From contig JBDRLQ010000005.1 in NCBI GenBank assembly GCA_043812915.1, positions 1 through 58,466 of the forward strand: DNA of 58,466 bases. Reading direction: 5' to 3'. The translations under genes were made by a program, and so were the position numbers. Of this stretch, positions 1 through 9,219 are shown one piece after another (position 1 is the stretch's first letter; every line of letters starts with the position of its first letter). The stretch is from Candidatus Micrarchaeota archaeon. Lineage in GTDB: Archaea > Micrarchaeota > Micrarchaeia > Anstonellales > Bilamarchaeaceae. A model generated the notes under the pieces. The model saw only the letters and a list, made by a program, of their open reading frames with translations, did not search any database and was not told the origin of the DNA.

Positions 1-423
1 CCTCTTTACATATTCGGTTCTCGGAGGTCTGGTTGCCGTGAGCACTGCCCTGAATGTGAGCTCATGGTCGATATTCAAATCCCCCCAATGATGGGTATAA
101 ATCACCTCTGGCCTGAAATCTTCGACCTTCTTCTCAATGACCTTGATAATGTTCAGAAGGGGAACGCTGTCAAAGCTGTTGTCTGGAAAATCAAAGAATT
201 CGATGTTTTCCTTGATTCCAAGCTCCCCGAGGGCTGCCTTTCCATCCCGCCGCAGCTCCTCAATCCTTTCCTTGTCGACCTCGCCTTCCATTCTTGAGGC
301 AAGGCCTGTGCCTAGAATTATCACATGAACCTCGTCCCCATGATCAAGATGCTTTGCGATAGTCCCTCCCGCTCCGAGCGTTTCATCATCCGGATGAGCT
401 GCAACAACCAATACTTTCATCAT
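1..423 (-). CDS. PIG-L/LmbE-family deacetylase (partial, runs off left edge)
   Basis: Manual translation of the minus strand from ATG at 423: MMKVLVVAAHPDDETLGAGGTIAKH..., the HPDDE metal-binding motif of the PIG-L family. Absent from the ORF track because its stop lies outside the window. Confidence 0.88.
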   Translation of the reverse strand, partial: MMKVLVVAAHPDDETLGAGGTIAKHLDHGDEVHVIILGTGLASRMEGEVDKERIEELRRDGKAALGELGIKENIEFFDFPDNSFDSVPLLNIIKVIEKKVEDFRPEVIYTHHWGDLNIDHELTFRAVLTATRPPRTEYVKR

Positions 424-429
424 ATTCCC

Positions 430-858
430 TCATTTCTCTTTTTTGTATTCAAATGCGACATACTTCTTCCGGAAACCGTTTTTTTCAAATATCCTTTGGG
501 ACGGTGCATTATCCGGCTTTACTCTTGCTATGATTTTCGAGGACACCGGCGCCTTCTCCAAAAGGAGCGCAAGAGCTTGGCTTCCAATGCCTTTATTCTG
601 CGCCTTTGGCGAAACCAGAATGTCTACTTCAAAGGCGTCGCCGCTTGGATCCAGCCTCGCAAGGCCAATGTCCTCTTTCCCATCTGTTACCATGTAACAC
701 AGGCTTTTCCCCTCCCTCAGCTTCTTCTCCCAGAAACTTCTATGCTTTTCCCAGGCAATCTCATCTGAGTCGAACATATTCTTTCTCACTTGCGGATGGT
801 TGCGGATTTCATAGATTGTTCTGATGTCCTCTGATCGGACAGGCCTTAGCGTAATCAT
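430..858 (-). CDS. pseH: GNAT N-acetyltransferase, PseH-like
   Basis: RNHPQVRKNMF...EKHRSFW N-terminus typical of PseH-like GNATs; QNKGIG acetyl-CoA motif; N..SQRIFEKNGF; directly downstream of the pseI-like gene. Confidence 0.75.
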   Translation of the reverse strand: MITLRPVRSEDIRTIYEIRNHPQVRKNMFDSDEIAWEKHRSFWEKKLREGKSLCYMVTDGKEDIGLARLDPSGDAFEVDILVSPKAQNKGIGSQALALLLEKAPVSSKIIARVKPDNAPSQRIFEKNGFRKKYVAFEYKKEK

Positions 859-1892
859 TCTATCAACGTCCAGTCCAGGGGCGTGCCTCTCTTTATCTCA
901 AGTTTTGCCTTCTTGCCCATTACCCCCTCGAAATGCTTTGGATGAAGGCCGTTTCCTGGTCTGATAACTCTGATGTTTTCAGCCGAGAAATCCTCCCCCT
1001 TTTCGATATCCTTGATAACGAAAATGGATCTGCGGAGGAATCTGTGCTCCTTTACCCTTTCGGTATTGGCATATTTTATTTCCCCCAGCGCCTCCTCCGC
1101 CTCGCGCACGGACTTGACCATCCGCTTGAACTCCTCCGGCTCCAGGGAGAACTTGGCGTCATGCCCGCCCTCTTTCCGGTCTATTATGAAGTGCTTCTCG
1201 ACCGCGCTGGCGCCCAGCGTGTACGCCGCAACCGCCGCGGTCTCGCTCATGCTGTGGTCTGAGAGCCCGACAAGCGTCCCGAACCTCTCTGCGATATCAG
1301 GGATTGTCCGCAGGTTCATCTCGCTAAGGGGCGCGGGGTATGCGCTTGTGCATTTCATTATCATAATATCCTCATTGCCCTCGCCCCGGATCGTGTCCAC
1401 GGCAAGCTGTATGTCCTCCTCGGTCGCGAGGCCGGTGGAGAATATCACAGGTTTCCCGGTCCTGGCAACACGCTTTATCAGCGGGATGTCGTTGACCTCG
1501 AACGATGCAATCTTGTAGAGCTGCACATCCATTTTCTCAAGGAAATCCACGGCAGTCGGATCGAATGGGGTCGAGAAGAATATCAGCCCCTCCTGCGCTG
1601 CCCGGTCTTTCAATTCAGGGAACCAGTCCCACGGGGTGTAGGCCTCCTTGTAGAGCTGGTAAAGGCTCATCCCGTCCCATACGGTCCCCTTTATCTTGAA
1701 GTAATCGTTATCGCAGTCGATGGTCATCGTGTCCGGGGTGTATGTCTGGAACTTGACCGCATCGGCATCCGCCTCTTTAGCGGCGTCAATAAGCCTGAGC
1801 GCGTAGTCCTTCTTCTGGAGATGGTTGCACGATATCTCCGCGATCATGAGGCAGGGCTCTTCCGGCCCGACCTTCCTGTTCCCGATCTTCAT
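855..1892 (-). CDS. pseI: Pseudaminic acid synthase (NeuB family with C-terminal SAF domain)
   Basis: IAEISCNH, DAVKFQTYTPDT, FSTPFD, YKIASFE, CTSAYPAP, GLSDHS, EKHF motifs; C-terminal RRSIF..IRPGNGLHP SAF domain. Confidence 0.88.
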   Translation of the reverse strand: MKIGNRKVGPEEPCLMIAEISCNHLQKKDYALRLIDAAKEADADAVKFQTYTPDTMTIDCDNDYFKIKGTVWDGMSLYQLYKEAYTPWDWFPELKDRAAQEGLIFFSTPFDPTAVDFLEKMDVQLYKIASFEVNDIPLIKRVARTGKPVIFSTGLATEEDIQLAVDTIRGEGNEDIMIMKCTSAYPAPLSEMNLRTIPDIAERFGTLVGLSDHSMSETAAVAAYTLGASAVEKHFIIDRKEGGHDAKFSLEPEEFKRMVKSVREAEEALGEIKYANTERVKEHRFLRRSIFVIKDIEKGEDFSAENIRVIRPGNGLHPKHFEGVMGKKAKLEIKRGTPLDWTLIE

Positions 1893-2284
1893 CCATCCAC
1901 CCTGTGCGTGTCCTCCAGCTCAGCGCTGTCTGAGAACACAACTATCCTCGCAGGCTTGTCCGTTTCGTTCCGCACCAGGTGCCACACGCCTGGCGGGACA
2001 ATTACTCCCGCGAACCTCCCGCTCTCACAGTCGAGCTCGACCGACCTGCTTTCCTTGTTTTCCACATCTGTGAGCGTAATTGCCACCTTCCCGGCAGCCG
2101 GGAAGATGACCTCTGTCTTCTTCCGATGGTAATGCCCTGCCCTTGAGCTTCCCGGCTCCATCGTAACCAGGTAGCTGTGCGAGGCCTCAAAATCATTGTA
2201 TCTCTCGGAGAAGAGCTCCACAAGGAAGCCATCATCCCTTGAATGTTTCTCCCGTTCAATGAGCTTTGCCTCCATCCGAATCAC
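1889..2284 (-). CDS. Cupin-fold sugar isomerase/epimerase (WxcM/FdtA-like)
   Basis: RAGHYH..E and VPPGVWH cupin motifs; 4-nt overlaps with both neighbours. Confidence 0.78.
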   Translation of the reverse strand: MIRMEAKLIEREKHSRDDGFLVELFSERYNDFEASHSYLVTMEPGSSRAGHYHRKKTEVIFPAAGKVAITLTDVENKESRSVELDCESGRFAGVIVPPGVWHLVRNETDKPARIVVFSDSAELEDTHRVDG

Positions 2285-3408
2285 CCGAGTATCTCCCTCA
2301 CCGCGTTCACAACGCGCGTTATATCATCCTCGGTCATGTCCGGGAAAATGGGGAGCGAAATCTCCCTTGATGATATGTCCTCGGTCACAGGGAAATGCCC
2401 TCCGATTCCAAGGCTCTGGTAATAGCTGAACTTATAGGCCGGGACATAATGGACATTGACCCCTATTCCCCTCTTGCGCATCTCCGCAAAGAACCTGTCC
2501 CGCTCAGGGACTAAGAGGGGATAGAGGTGCCATGCATGGCGGACATCCGGGCTGACAAACGGGACCGCCACATCATCCATCTTCGCGAACTCCTCGCCAT
2601 ACCTTTTGGCGATCTCCTGCCGCCTTGCGATGAACCTATCCACCTTCTTGAGCTGGCTTAGGCCCAGCGCGCACTGGAAATCAGTAATCCTGTAATTGCG
2701 GCCGAGCATCTGGATATCGTAGGCGTAGCCGGCGTTGGGCCCGAACCTCTCTTTTACCGAGCGGTCCATCCCGTGGTTTCGAAGCTTCTGCATCCTGTCC
2801 AGCAGCTCATCGCTCTCGGTTGTGCATGCTCCCCCTTCCCCCGTTGTCATGTGCTTGACCGGGTGGAAGCTGAACTCGGTAATGTCTGCGAAGGAGCCGA
2901 CCCTCTTCCCTTTGTACTCGGCGCCGATTGCGTGAGCGGCATCCTCGATAAGCAGCAGGTCATTCTTCTCTGCAATCTCCTTTAGCTCCTTTATCCTGCA
3001 GGGCTGGCCAGCATAATCGACATAGATAATCGCCTTTGTCTTGCCGGTTATCTTCTTCTCAACCTCTTGCGGGCTGATGTTGTAAGTGTCAGGCTCTATG
3101 TCCGCAAAAACAGGTTTGCATTGATTGTATAAGATGCAGTTTGAGCTTGCTACGAACGTGAATGGGGTGGTGATGATTTCGCTGCCAGGGGGAATATCCA
3201 GGGCGTCGACTGCGATATCAAGCGCGCTTGTTCCGGAATTCACAGCAACAGCGTGCTTTGCGCCAACATAATCGCAGAGCGATTTCTCGAATTCCTCAAC
3301 TTTCGGGCCGGTCGTTATCCAGCTGCCTTTCAAGACCTCTACAACTGCGGCAATGTCGTCATCATCAATATGATGCAGTCCATATGGCAGGAATTTATCT
3401 TCGCTCAT
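2281..3408 (-). CDS. pseC: DegT/DnrJ PLP-dependent sugar aminotransferase, PseC-like
   Basis: FLPYG..IDDDDI.AVVEVLK..WITTGPKV N-terminus, EDAAHAIG, FSFHPVKHMTTGEGG PLP-lysine motif. Confidence 0.85.
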   Translation of the reverse strand: MSEDKFLPYGLHHIDDDDIAAVVEVLKGSWITTGPKVEEFEKSLCDYVGAKHAVAVNSGTSALDIAVDALDIPPGSEIITTPFTFVASSNCILYNQCKPVFADIEPDTYNISPQEVEKKITGKTKAIIYVDYAGQPCRIKELKEIAEKNDLLLIEDAAHAIGAEYKGKRVGSFADITEFSFHPVKHMTTGEGGACTTESDELLDRMQKLRNHGMDRSVKERFGPNAGYAYDIQMLGRNYRITDFQCALGLSQLKKVDRFIARRQEIAKRYGEEFAKMDDVAVPFVSPDVRHAWHLYPLLVPERDRFFAEMRKRGIGVNVHYVPAYKFSYYQSLGIGGHFPVTEDISSREISLPIFPDMTEDDITRVVNAVREILG

Positions 3409-4330
3409 TTGATTTCATCCACTCGGTAGTTATTCTGATTCCTTCTTCCAGGCTTGTTTCGGCCTTCCAGCCAAGCATCTGCCCGGCCTTGGTGCTGTCA
3501 CAGAGGAGCTTGGCAATCTCCGCCTGGGGATGGTGGTGCTCGATGTGCCTTATCTTCGATTCGTCCCCTGCAATCGCAAGCGCCAGCTCATTGATTGTAA
3601 TGTCATGGCCGGTCCCCGCATTGATGATTTGCCCGACCGCTTTCTCCGAGAATGCGGCTTTCACTATGAAGTCCGCGCAGTCCTCCACATAAAGCAGGTC
3701 CCTTGTCTGGGTGCCATCGCCGAAGATGTTAAGTTCCTGCCCGTCAAGGTTCCTTTTGATGAATATGTTCACTACGCCGCCTTCCATGTTGCTCTTCTGG
3801 AAAGGCCCGTAGATATTGAAAGGCCTTGTAACAACAACCGGAAGCTTGTACCCGTGGTAGTATGAGAGCGCAAGGTCCTCTGCCCCTAGCTTGCTGGCAG
3901 CATATGGGGAGAGCGGCTTAACTGGCGATTCCTCGCTGATTGCCGCTCCTGATGCCAGGTCATAGACCATGCATGTCCCAATCAGGACGACCTTGGCATT
4001 CCTTTTCCTGCACTCTTCCAGGACGTTGTATGTCCCTATGACATTGCTCTGGACTGCCCTTTCAGGGTGGTCCAGTGATTCCTGAACGTTTATCTGGGCT
4101 GCCGCGTGTATGCAAAGCCCAACGCCGTCAAATACGCTTGCAAGCTTTGGAACATCAAGCACGTCCCCTTCAATAAATGAGAAATTGTCATTTCCTGAGA
4201 ATTCAGAGATATTCTCTCTGGAGCCGTTTGACAGGTTGTCAAATGCGATGACTTTGTGCCCTTCATCGAGCAGCCTTTTTGCAAGCCATCTTCCCAGGAA
4301 TCCGGCTCCGCCGGTAACAAGAACCTTCAT
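3395..4330 (-). CDS. NAD-dependent nucleotide-sugar epimerase/dehydratase (extended SDR)
   Basis: TGGAGFLG Rossmann motif, PYAASK YxxxK, RPFNIYGP, GDGTQTRD. Confidence 0.9.
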   Translation of the reverse strand: MKVLVTGGAGFLGRWLAKRLLDEGHKVIAFDNLSNGSRENISEFSGNDNFSFIEGDVLDVPKLASVFDGVGLCIHAAAQINVQESLDHPERAVQSNVIGTYNVLEECRKRNAKVVLIGTCMVYDLASGAAISEESPVKPLSPYAASKLGAEDLALSYYHGYKLPVVVTRPFNIYGPFQKSNMEGGVVNIFIKRNLDGQELNIFGDGTQTRDLLYVEDCADFIVKAAFSEKAVGQIINAGTGHDITINELALAIAGDESKIRHIEHHHPQAEIAKLLCDSTKAGQMLGWKAETSLEEGIRITTEWMKSNERR

Positions 4331-5367
4331 TCTTCCTTCTCCTCGTCGTCATTCATTTTGAGCATCGCCACAATCTCCTCTTTTCCCATGGGCTTTACCT
4401 GCCCTGAGGAATACCTGTCAATGGTGGCCTTCTTCGCGTTGTATTTGTCCATGCTCACCCCAATCGTTACTTCATCGAAACCGCCAGAGTCCTGGGGCGG
4501 CAGCACGAACATGTCTTCGCGCTCAAGGGCCCGCAGCCCTTCATCCTCGGTCATAAGCTCTTCGTGCATCTTCTCCCCTGGCAGCGTGCCTTTCTTCACC
4601 TTCTCGACCCGCTTCGGATTGCCCGCGCCATACGTCTCAATCATGGTGTCCGCAAGGTCATCTACCTTCACGACCGGCATCTTGAGGATGAAGACTTCTC
4701 CCCCCTGGGATAGTTCCAGTGCCTTGAAAAGGAGGTCGATTGTCTGGCCGTTGGTCATCACGAACCTTGTCATGTCAGGATTGGTAATCGTAACAGGCCC
4801 GCCCTTTGCAATCTGCTTCTTGAAGAGCGGAACAACAGAGCCCCGTGAGCCGACGACATTCCCGAATCTCACGGATGCGAGCACGGTTTTCCTGCCCCCT
4901 TTGTAGTAGTTGCCGGCGGTGACCAGCCTCTCAGCTAGCAGCTTGGATGTACCCATCACGTTGGTGGGGTTGACCGCCTTGTCGCTGCTTGTGAAAATCA
5001 CCCTCTCCACGTTGTTCTCAAGGGCAGCCTCGACGACGTTCTGCGTTCCGAGGACATTGGTCTTGACGGCCTCGAAAGGATTATACTCACAGGATAAGAC
5101 GTGCTTTAGCGCGGCGCAATGGAATACGATGTCAACCCCTTCCATGGCATGCACCATCCTGCCCTTGTCCCGCACGTCACCGACAAGCAGCCTGAGCTTC
5201 GGATGGTTCTTGAGCCTGTGCCTCATCTCGAATTCCTTGGTCTCATCAAGGTCCAGCACCCTCACTGTTTTCACATTTTCATTCAGCAGCCGCTCGACGA
5301 GCGCGCTTCCGACCGAACCAACGCCTCCAGTGACCAGGACTGTCTTGCCTTCCAGAATAGAATTCAT
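4327..5367 (-). CDS. UDP-GlcNAc 4,6-dehydratase family (Polysacc_synt_2; PseB/PglF/FnlA-like)
   Basis: TGGVGSVG, HCAALKHV..CEYNPFEAVKTNVLGTQN, SSDKAVNPTNVMGTSK, VRFGNVVGSRGSV, PGEKMHEEL. Start placed at MNSIL (ORF extends to 5379). Confidence 0.88.
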   Translation of the reverse strand: MNSILEGKTVLVTGGVGSVGSALVERLLNENVKTVRVLDLDETKEFEMRHRLKNHPKLRLLVGDVRDKGRMVHAMEGVDIVFHCAALKHVLSCEYNPFEAVKTNVLGTQNVVEAALENNVERVIFTSSDKAVNPTNVMGTSKLLAERLVTAGNYYKGGRKTVLASVRFGNVVGSRGSVVPLFKKQIAKGGPVTITNPDMTRFVMTNGQTIDLLFKALELSQGGEVFILKMPVVKVDDLADTMIETYGAGNPKRVEKVKKGTLPGEKMHEELMTEDEGLRALEREDMFVLPPQDSGGFDEVTIGVSMDKYNAKKATIDRYSSGQVKPMGKEEIVAMLKMNDDEEKEE

Positions 5368-5423
5368 GCCTCTCTTCACCCGACAAATAGCGCTATAAAG
5401 AGTGCCGGAAACAATATTAAAAT

Positions 5424-6548
5424 ATGCGCCTTGTCGTGGTAACGCCGTTTATAGAGTCTCAGGGAGGGCTCGAGCGGGTGATATTGAAAATCGCACAGCA
5501 TTTCGATGCCCGAGTGCACTGCATACGCTACAGCCCGGAGATGACATTTCCGGAGTTCAGGGAGCTGGACATGGAGGTCGCAGGGCCTGGAGCTGCTGCC
5601 AAGCTGCCCCTTGGGAGGAGGGTCTCGACCGCGATAGATGCGGGAAACCACTTCTGGAACCTGAAGCTGGATGATTATGATGTCATCAACGCACACCAGA
5701 CCCCTTCGGAATGGATTCGGAATCGGAACTCTCCCCTGATTTGGTACTGTCACTCGCCGAACCGGGAAGCCTTCGACCTCTATCAATGGAGGATGAGCCA
5801 GAGGAATCCCCTGCAGAAGGCGGTATTCTGGTCCTCAATCCAGGCATACAAGCATTTCGAGTTCAGCGCGGTCCCGAAAATTGAGCACATATTCACCAAC
5901 AGCATCAACAGCCAGGGGAGAATCAGGAAATACCTCAGGCAGGAATCCGAGATTCTTTATCCGGGGGTGGAATGCGAGCGCTTCTCAAACAAGGGCTATG
6001 GGCAGTTCTTCCTGTACCCATCCAGGATAGCGCCGGAAAAAGAGCAGGAGTACGCCATAGAGGCATTCAGGCGCTTCTCGAAGAAAGTGAAAGGCTGGAA
6101 GCTTGTTCTGGTCGGTTCGCTCTCAGATCGGCCCGAGCATCTTGCGTACATGAAAAAAATCAAGGCGGCAGCAGGCCAGGATGTCGAGATTGTCACCAAT
6201 GCCACCAACGAGCAGCTCAACGACTACTACGCCCGGTGCAGCGCCGTCCTCTACGCCCCGATTAATGAGGACTTCGGCCTGGTCCCGCTGGAGGCGATGG
6301 CCTCGGAAAAGCCCTGCATCGCGAGGAAAGAAGGAGGCCCGAGGGAGACCATAGACGATAGTGTGGATGGCTTCCTTGTCGGCAGCGAGCAGGAGATGGC
6401 CGATAAGATGGAACTGCTCGCAAAAGACCCTGATAGATGCGCTTCGATGGGGAAATCCGGGAAGGCGAAAGTGGTGAAGAAGTTCACATGGGGGCTCTTC
6501 CTCAAGAGGTTCGGGCAGAAGGCAAGGGAGCTTGCAAAGAAGGAATAG
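5424..6548 (+). CDS. Glycosyltransferase family 4 (GT-B)
   Basis: GGLERV N-terminal motif, SRIAPEK, EDFGLVPLEAMA (E-x7-E) motif. Confidence 0.92.
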   Translation: MRLVVVTPFIESQGGLERVILKIAQHFDARVHCIRYSPEMTFPEFRELDMEVAGPGAAAKLPLGRRVSTAIDAGNHFWNLKLDDYDVINAHQTPSEWIRNRNSPLIWYCHSPNREAFDLYQWRMSQRNPLQKAVFWSSIQAYKHFEFSAVPKIEHIFTNSINSQGRIRKYLRQESEILYPGVECERFSNKGYGQFFLYPSRIAPEKEQEYAIEAFRRFSKKVKGWKLVLVGSLSDRPEHLAYMKKIKAAAGQDVEIVTNATNEQLNDYYARCSAVLYAPINEDFGLVPLEAMASEKPCIARKEGGPRETIDDSVDGFLVGSEQEMADKMELLAKDPDRCASMGKSGKAKVVKKFTWGLFLKRFGQKARELAKKE

Positions 6549-6597
6549 CTGCTGTTTTATAGATTTTGTTGCTCTATCAAATTGGGAGGTCACTTCT

Positions 6598-7503
6598 ATG
6601 AAAATACTTGTCACCGGGGCCTTAGGGTTTATCGGCTCCAATATCACAGAAAGGCTCGTCAAAGAAGGCCATGAGGTAACTGCACTGGATAATTATATGA
6701 CCGGCAGCGATGAGAATATCGCGGCTGTGAAAGACCGGGTACGGGTGGTGAAAGCAGAGGCCGGCGAAGTGGCCTCTTTGGGGGAGAAATACGATGTCAT
6801 CCTGCACCAGGGCGTCTATTCCTCATCGCCCATGTACAAGGAGAACCGCCATCTGACGGCGAAGGCGCTGGACGAGATGGTCTCAATACTTGAATACGCA
6901 AAGGACAATGAAACAAAAGTGGTCTTCGCCTCATCCTCATCGCTGTACAACAAGAATCCCCCTCCGCACAGGGAGGATATGCAAATCCAAATCACTGATT
7001 TCTACACGGAGGCGAGATACGCGATGGAGCGCGTCTCGAACCTGTACCATCAGCTCTATGGGGTAAAAGTCATAGGCCTGCGCTACTTCAGCGTGTACGG
7101 GCCCCACGAGGGCTCGAAGGGAAAATACGCGAACCTGATAACCCAGTTCCTCTGGTCCCTCCAGAAAAACGAGGCTCCGGTGATTTTCGGCGACGGCCAG
7201 CAGACCAGGGATTTCACCTATGTCGACGATGTCGTTGAGGCGAATATGCTCGCCATGAAATCGGGCAAGGCATCCGGTATATACAATGTCGGGACAGGCT
7301 CGGCAACCAGCATAAACGACATGCTGATGCTCCTCAAGAGCAAGACGGGAAAAGACCTCGAGCCGACGTATATCGAGAACAAAATCAAGAACTACGTGGC
7401 GCACACGCAGGCGGACACAACCCTGGCAGAATCCGAGCTTGGATTCCGGGCAAGAGTCTCCCTGGACGAGGGCATCGGAAAGCTTGTAGAGCATTATTCA
7501 TGA
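6598..7503 (+). CDS. NAD-dependent epimerase/dehydratase (UDP-glucose 4-epimerase-like)
   Basis: MKILVTGALGFIG, RYFSVYGP, GDGQQTRDFTYVDDVV; GGAGGT RBS before ATG 6598. The YxxxK motif reads YTEAR. Confidence 0.88.
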   Translation: MKILVTGALGFIGSNITERLVKEGHEVTALDNYMTGSDENIAAVKDRVRVVKAEAGEVASLGEKYDVILHQGVYSSSPMYKENRHLTAKALDEMVSILEYAKDNETKVVFASSSSLYNKNPPPHREDMQIQITDFYTEARYAMERVSNLYHQLYGVKVIGLRYFSVYGPHEGSKGKYANLITQFLWSLQKNEAPVIFGDGQQTRDFTYVDDVVEANMLAMKSGKASGIYNVGTGSATSINDMLMLLKSKTGKDLEPTYIENKIKNYVAHTQADTTLAESELGFRARVSLDEGIGKLVEHYS

Positions 7504-7517
7504 CTGGTGGCTTGGAA

Positions 7518-9155
7518 ATGGCAGGGGAAGTTTCAACTTCGGCAAAAGAGGTCGCAAAGGGGACCTTCTGGGGTGTTGCCGGCAACCTTGCCTTCAAGCT
7601 CGTATCCTTCTTCTACACGGTAATCCTGGCGAGGATGGCCACGCAGGATGACATCGGCATTTTCTACCTGGCCCTTAGCATAGTCTCGCTCCTCGCGCTG
7701 TTCGTGGACTTCGGAATTTCGCAGTCGTTCGCCAGATACATCCCCTTCTTCAACGCTAGGGGGGAAGGAAAGAACATAGAGAAGATGCTGAGGGCGGGCT
7801 ACTCAATCTGCACGGTGCTCGCGCTAATCTCATTCATAGTGATTTTCTTCGGGGCGGACATGATTGCCGGGTATTATCAGAATCCCGGCCTTTCGGATTC
7901 CCTCCGCTACCTTTCCCCATATCTGCTCATCTACATCCTCTTCCAGCTGAACACCGTCTTCCTGCAGGGGCAGAAGAAAATCCATTCCATCGCGCTGACC
8001 AGCAACCTGCAGAACCTTGCCAAGCTCGTGCTCTCAATATCGCTCTTCATAGTGATTGGCGCCAATGTGTTCACAATCAGCATCGGCTACCTGTTCTCAT
8101 ATGTCGTTGCCGTGCTGTTCTCATTCTTCCTTGTGTGGAAGGGCCTGAAGCACCTTGAGGGGAAGCAGGAGCAGAACGTATATTCTTACGGCAAGCTTCT
8201 GCGGGAGCTCCTGCCCTTTGGCCTTATGATGATTGCGGCGATGTCCATGTGGACAATAATCGGCTACATTGACAGGGTGATGATCGGGTATTTCCTGCCG
8301 CCAGATATCGCCGCCGCCCAGGTCGCCATATATACGATGGCGACAAGCCTCGCGGGCCTCATCATGATGTTCCCGAGCGCGATTGGGACCATCTTCTTCC
8401 CGGTGGTCTCCCAGCTCTTTGGCCAGAAGAAGATGGACGAGATGCGGAAAATCTGCGCGACTTCAACCCGCTGGCTGCTCTTTATCACAGTGCCCCTGGC
8501 GCTTGTGTTCGTGACCTTCTCAAAGCAGATTCTCAACATGTTCTATGGGGAATTATACGTGCCGGGGGCGCTTGCGCTCTCGCTCTTCGCAATCGGCCTG
8601 CTCATTCGGGCAGCGACCATGGTCCCATCCTATGTCCTTGCCGGCATGAGGCTGGTCCGGATAGAAATCAAGATTGCGGCCGTTGCTGCGGCAGTTAACA
8701 TCATCCTGAATGTCGGGCTCATTCCCTCATACGGAATCGATGGGGCGGCAGCCGCCTCGGCAGTAAGCTTCCTTGTCGCGACCGCCCTTTTCATCTGGTA
8801 TTCCAAGAAGCACTTCGGATTCGAAATCGACAGGGGCACATGGCAGATAGTAATTGCGGCTCTGCTCTCCTTCCTCACGGCGTTCCTGCTTGAGCCTTTC
8901 ATCTCGCCAATGGTGGACGGGCTGCCTCTTAGCGGAGTTGAATACCTTGACAAGGTCGCAAGGCTGAGCGTGCTGGCGGCGCTGTTCCTGGTCTCCGTAA
9001 TCGTGTTCGCGGCAATCTCGCTGGCGCTCAAATCATTCCGGGAGGAGGACCTGGGGATAATGGAAGGCGCGATGCGCAGGGGGAGGGCCCCTGCATCCGC
9101 AATCAGGCTCCTGCGCAGCATAGTTTCCCTTGGAATATCGAGGGAAAAAAGCTGA
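7518..9155 (+). CDS. Wzx/MOP-family polysaccharide flippase
   Basis: About 14 hydrophobic segments; DFGISQSFARYIP, IDRVMIGYF, LIPSYGIDGAAAA motifs; located in a glycan cluster. Confidence 0.88.
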   Translation: MAGEVSTSAKEVAKGTFWGVAGNLAFKLVSFFYTVILARMATQDDIGIFYLALSIVSLLALFVDFGISQSFARYIPFFNARGEGKNIEKMLRAGYSICTVLALISFIVIFFGADMIAGYYQNPGLSDSLRYLSPYLLIYILFQLNTVFLQGQKKIHSIALTSNLQNLAKLVLSISLFIVIGANVFTISIGYLFSYVVAVLFSFFLVWKGLKHLEGKQEQNVYSYGKLLRELLPFGLMMIAAMSMWTIIGYIDRVMIGYFLPPDIAAAQVAIYTMATSLAGLIMMFPSAIGTIFFPVVSQLFGQKKMDEMRKICATSTRWLLFITVPLALVFVTFSKQILNMFYGELYVPGALALSLFAIGLLIRAATMVPSYVLAGMRLVRIEIKIAAVAAAVNIILNVGLIPSYGIDGAAAASAVSFLVATALFIWYSKKHFGFEIDRGTWQIVIAALLSFLTAFLLEPFISPMVDGLPLSGVEYLDKVARLSVLAALFLVSVIVFAAISLALKSFREEDLGIMEGAMRRGRAPASAIRLLRSIVSLGISREKS

Positions 9156-9163
9156 AAGCGCCC

Positions 9164-9171
9164 TTTATAAA
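9164..9171 (+). promoter_or_regulatory. TATA box (TTTATAAA) upstream of the prepilin peptidase gene
   Basis: TTTATAAA preceded by a purine-rich BRE-like GAAAGCG, about 50 nt before ATG 9220. Confidence 0.55.
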
Positions 9172-9219
9172 GAATTCCTTATGATATTTCAGTAATACTG
9201 CTTCATTTGAGGTTACTGA

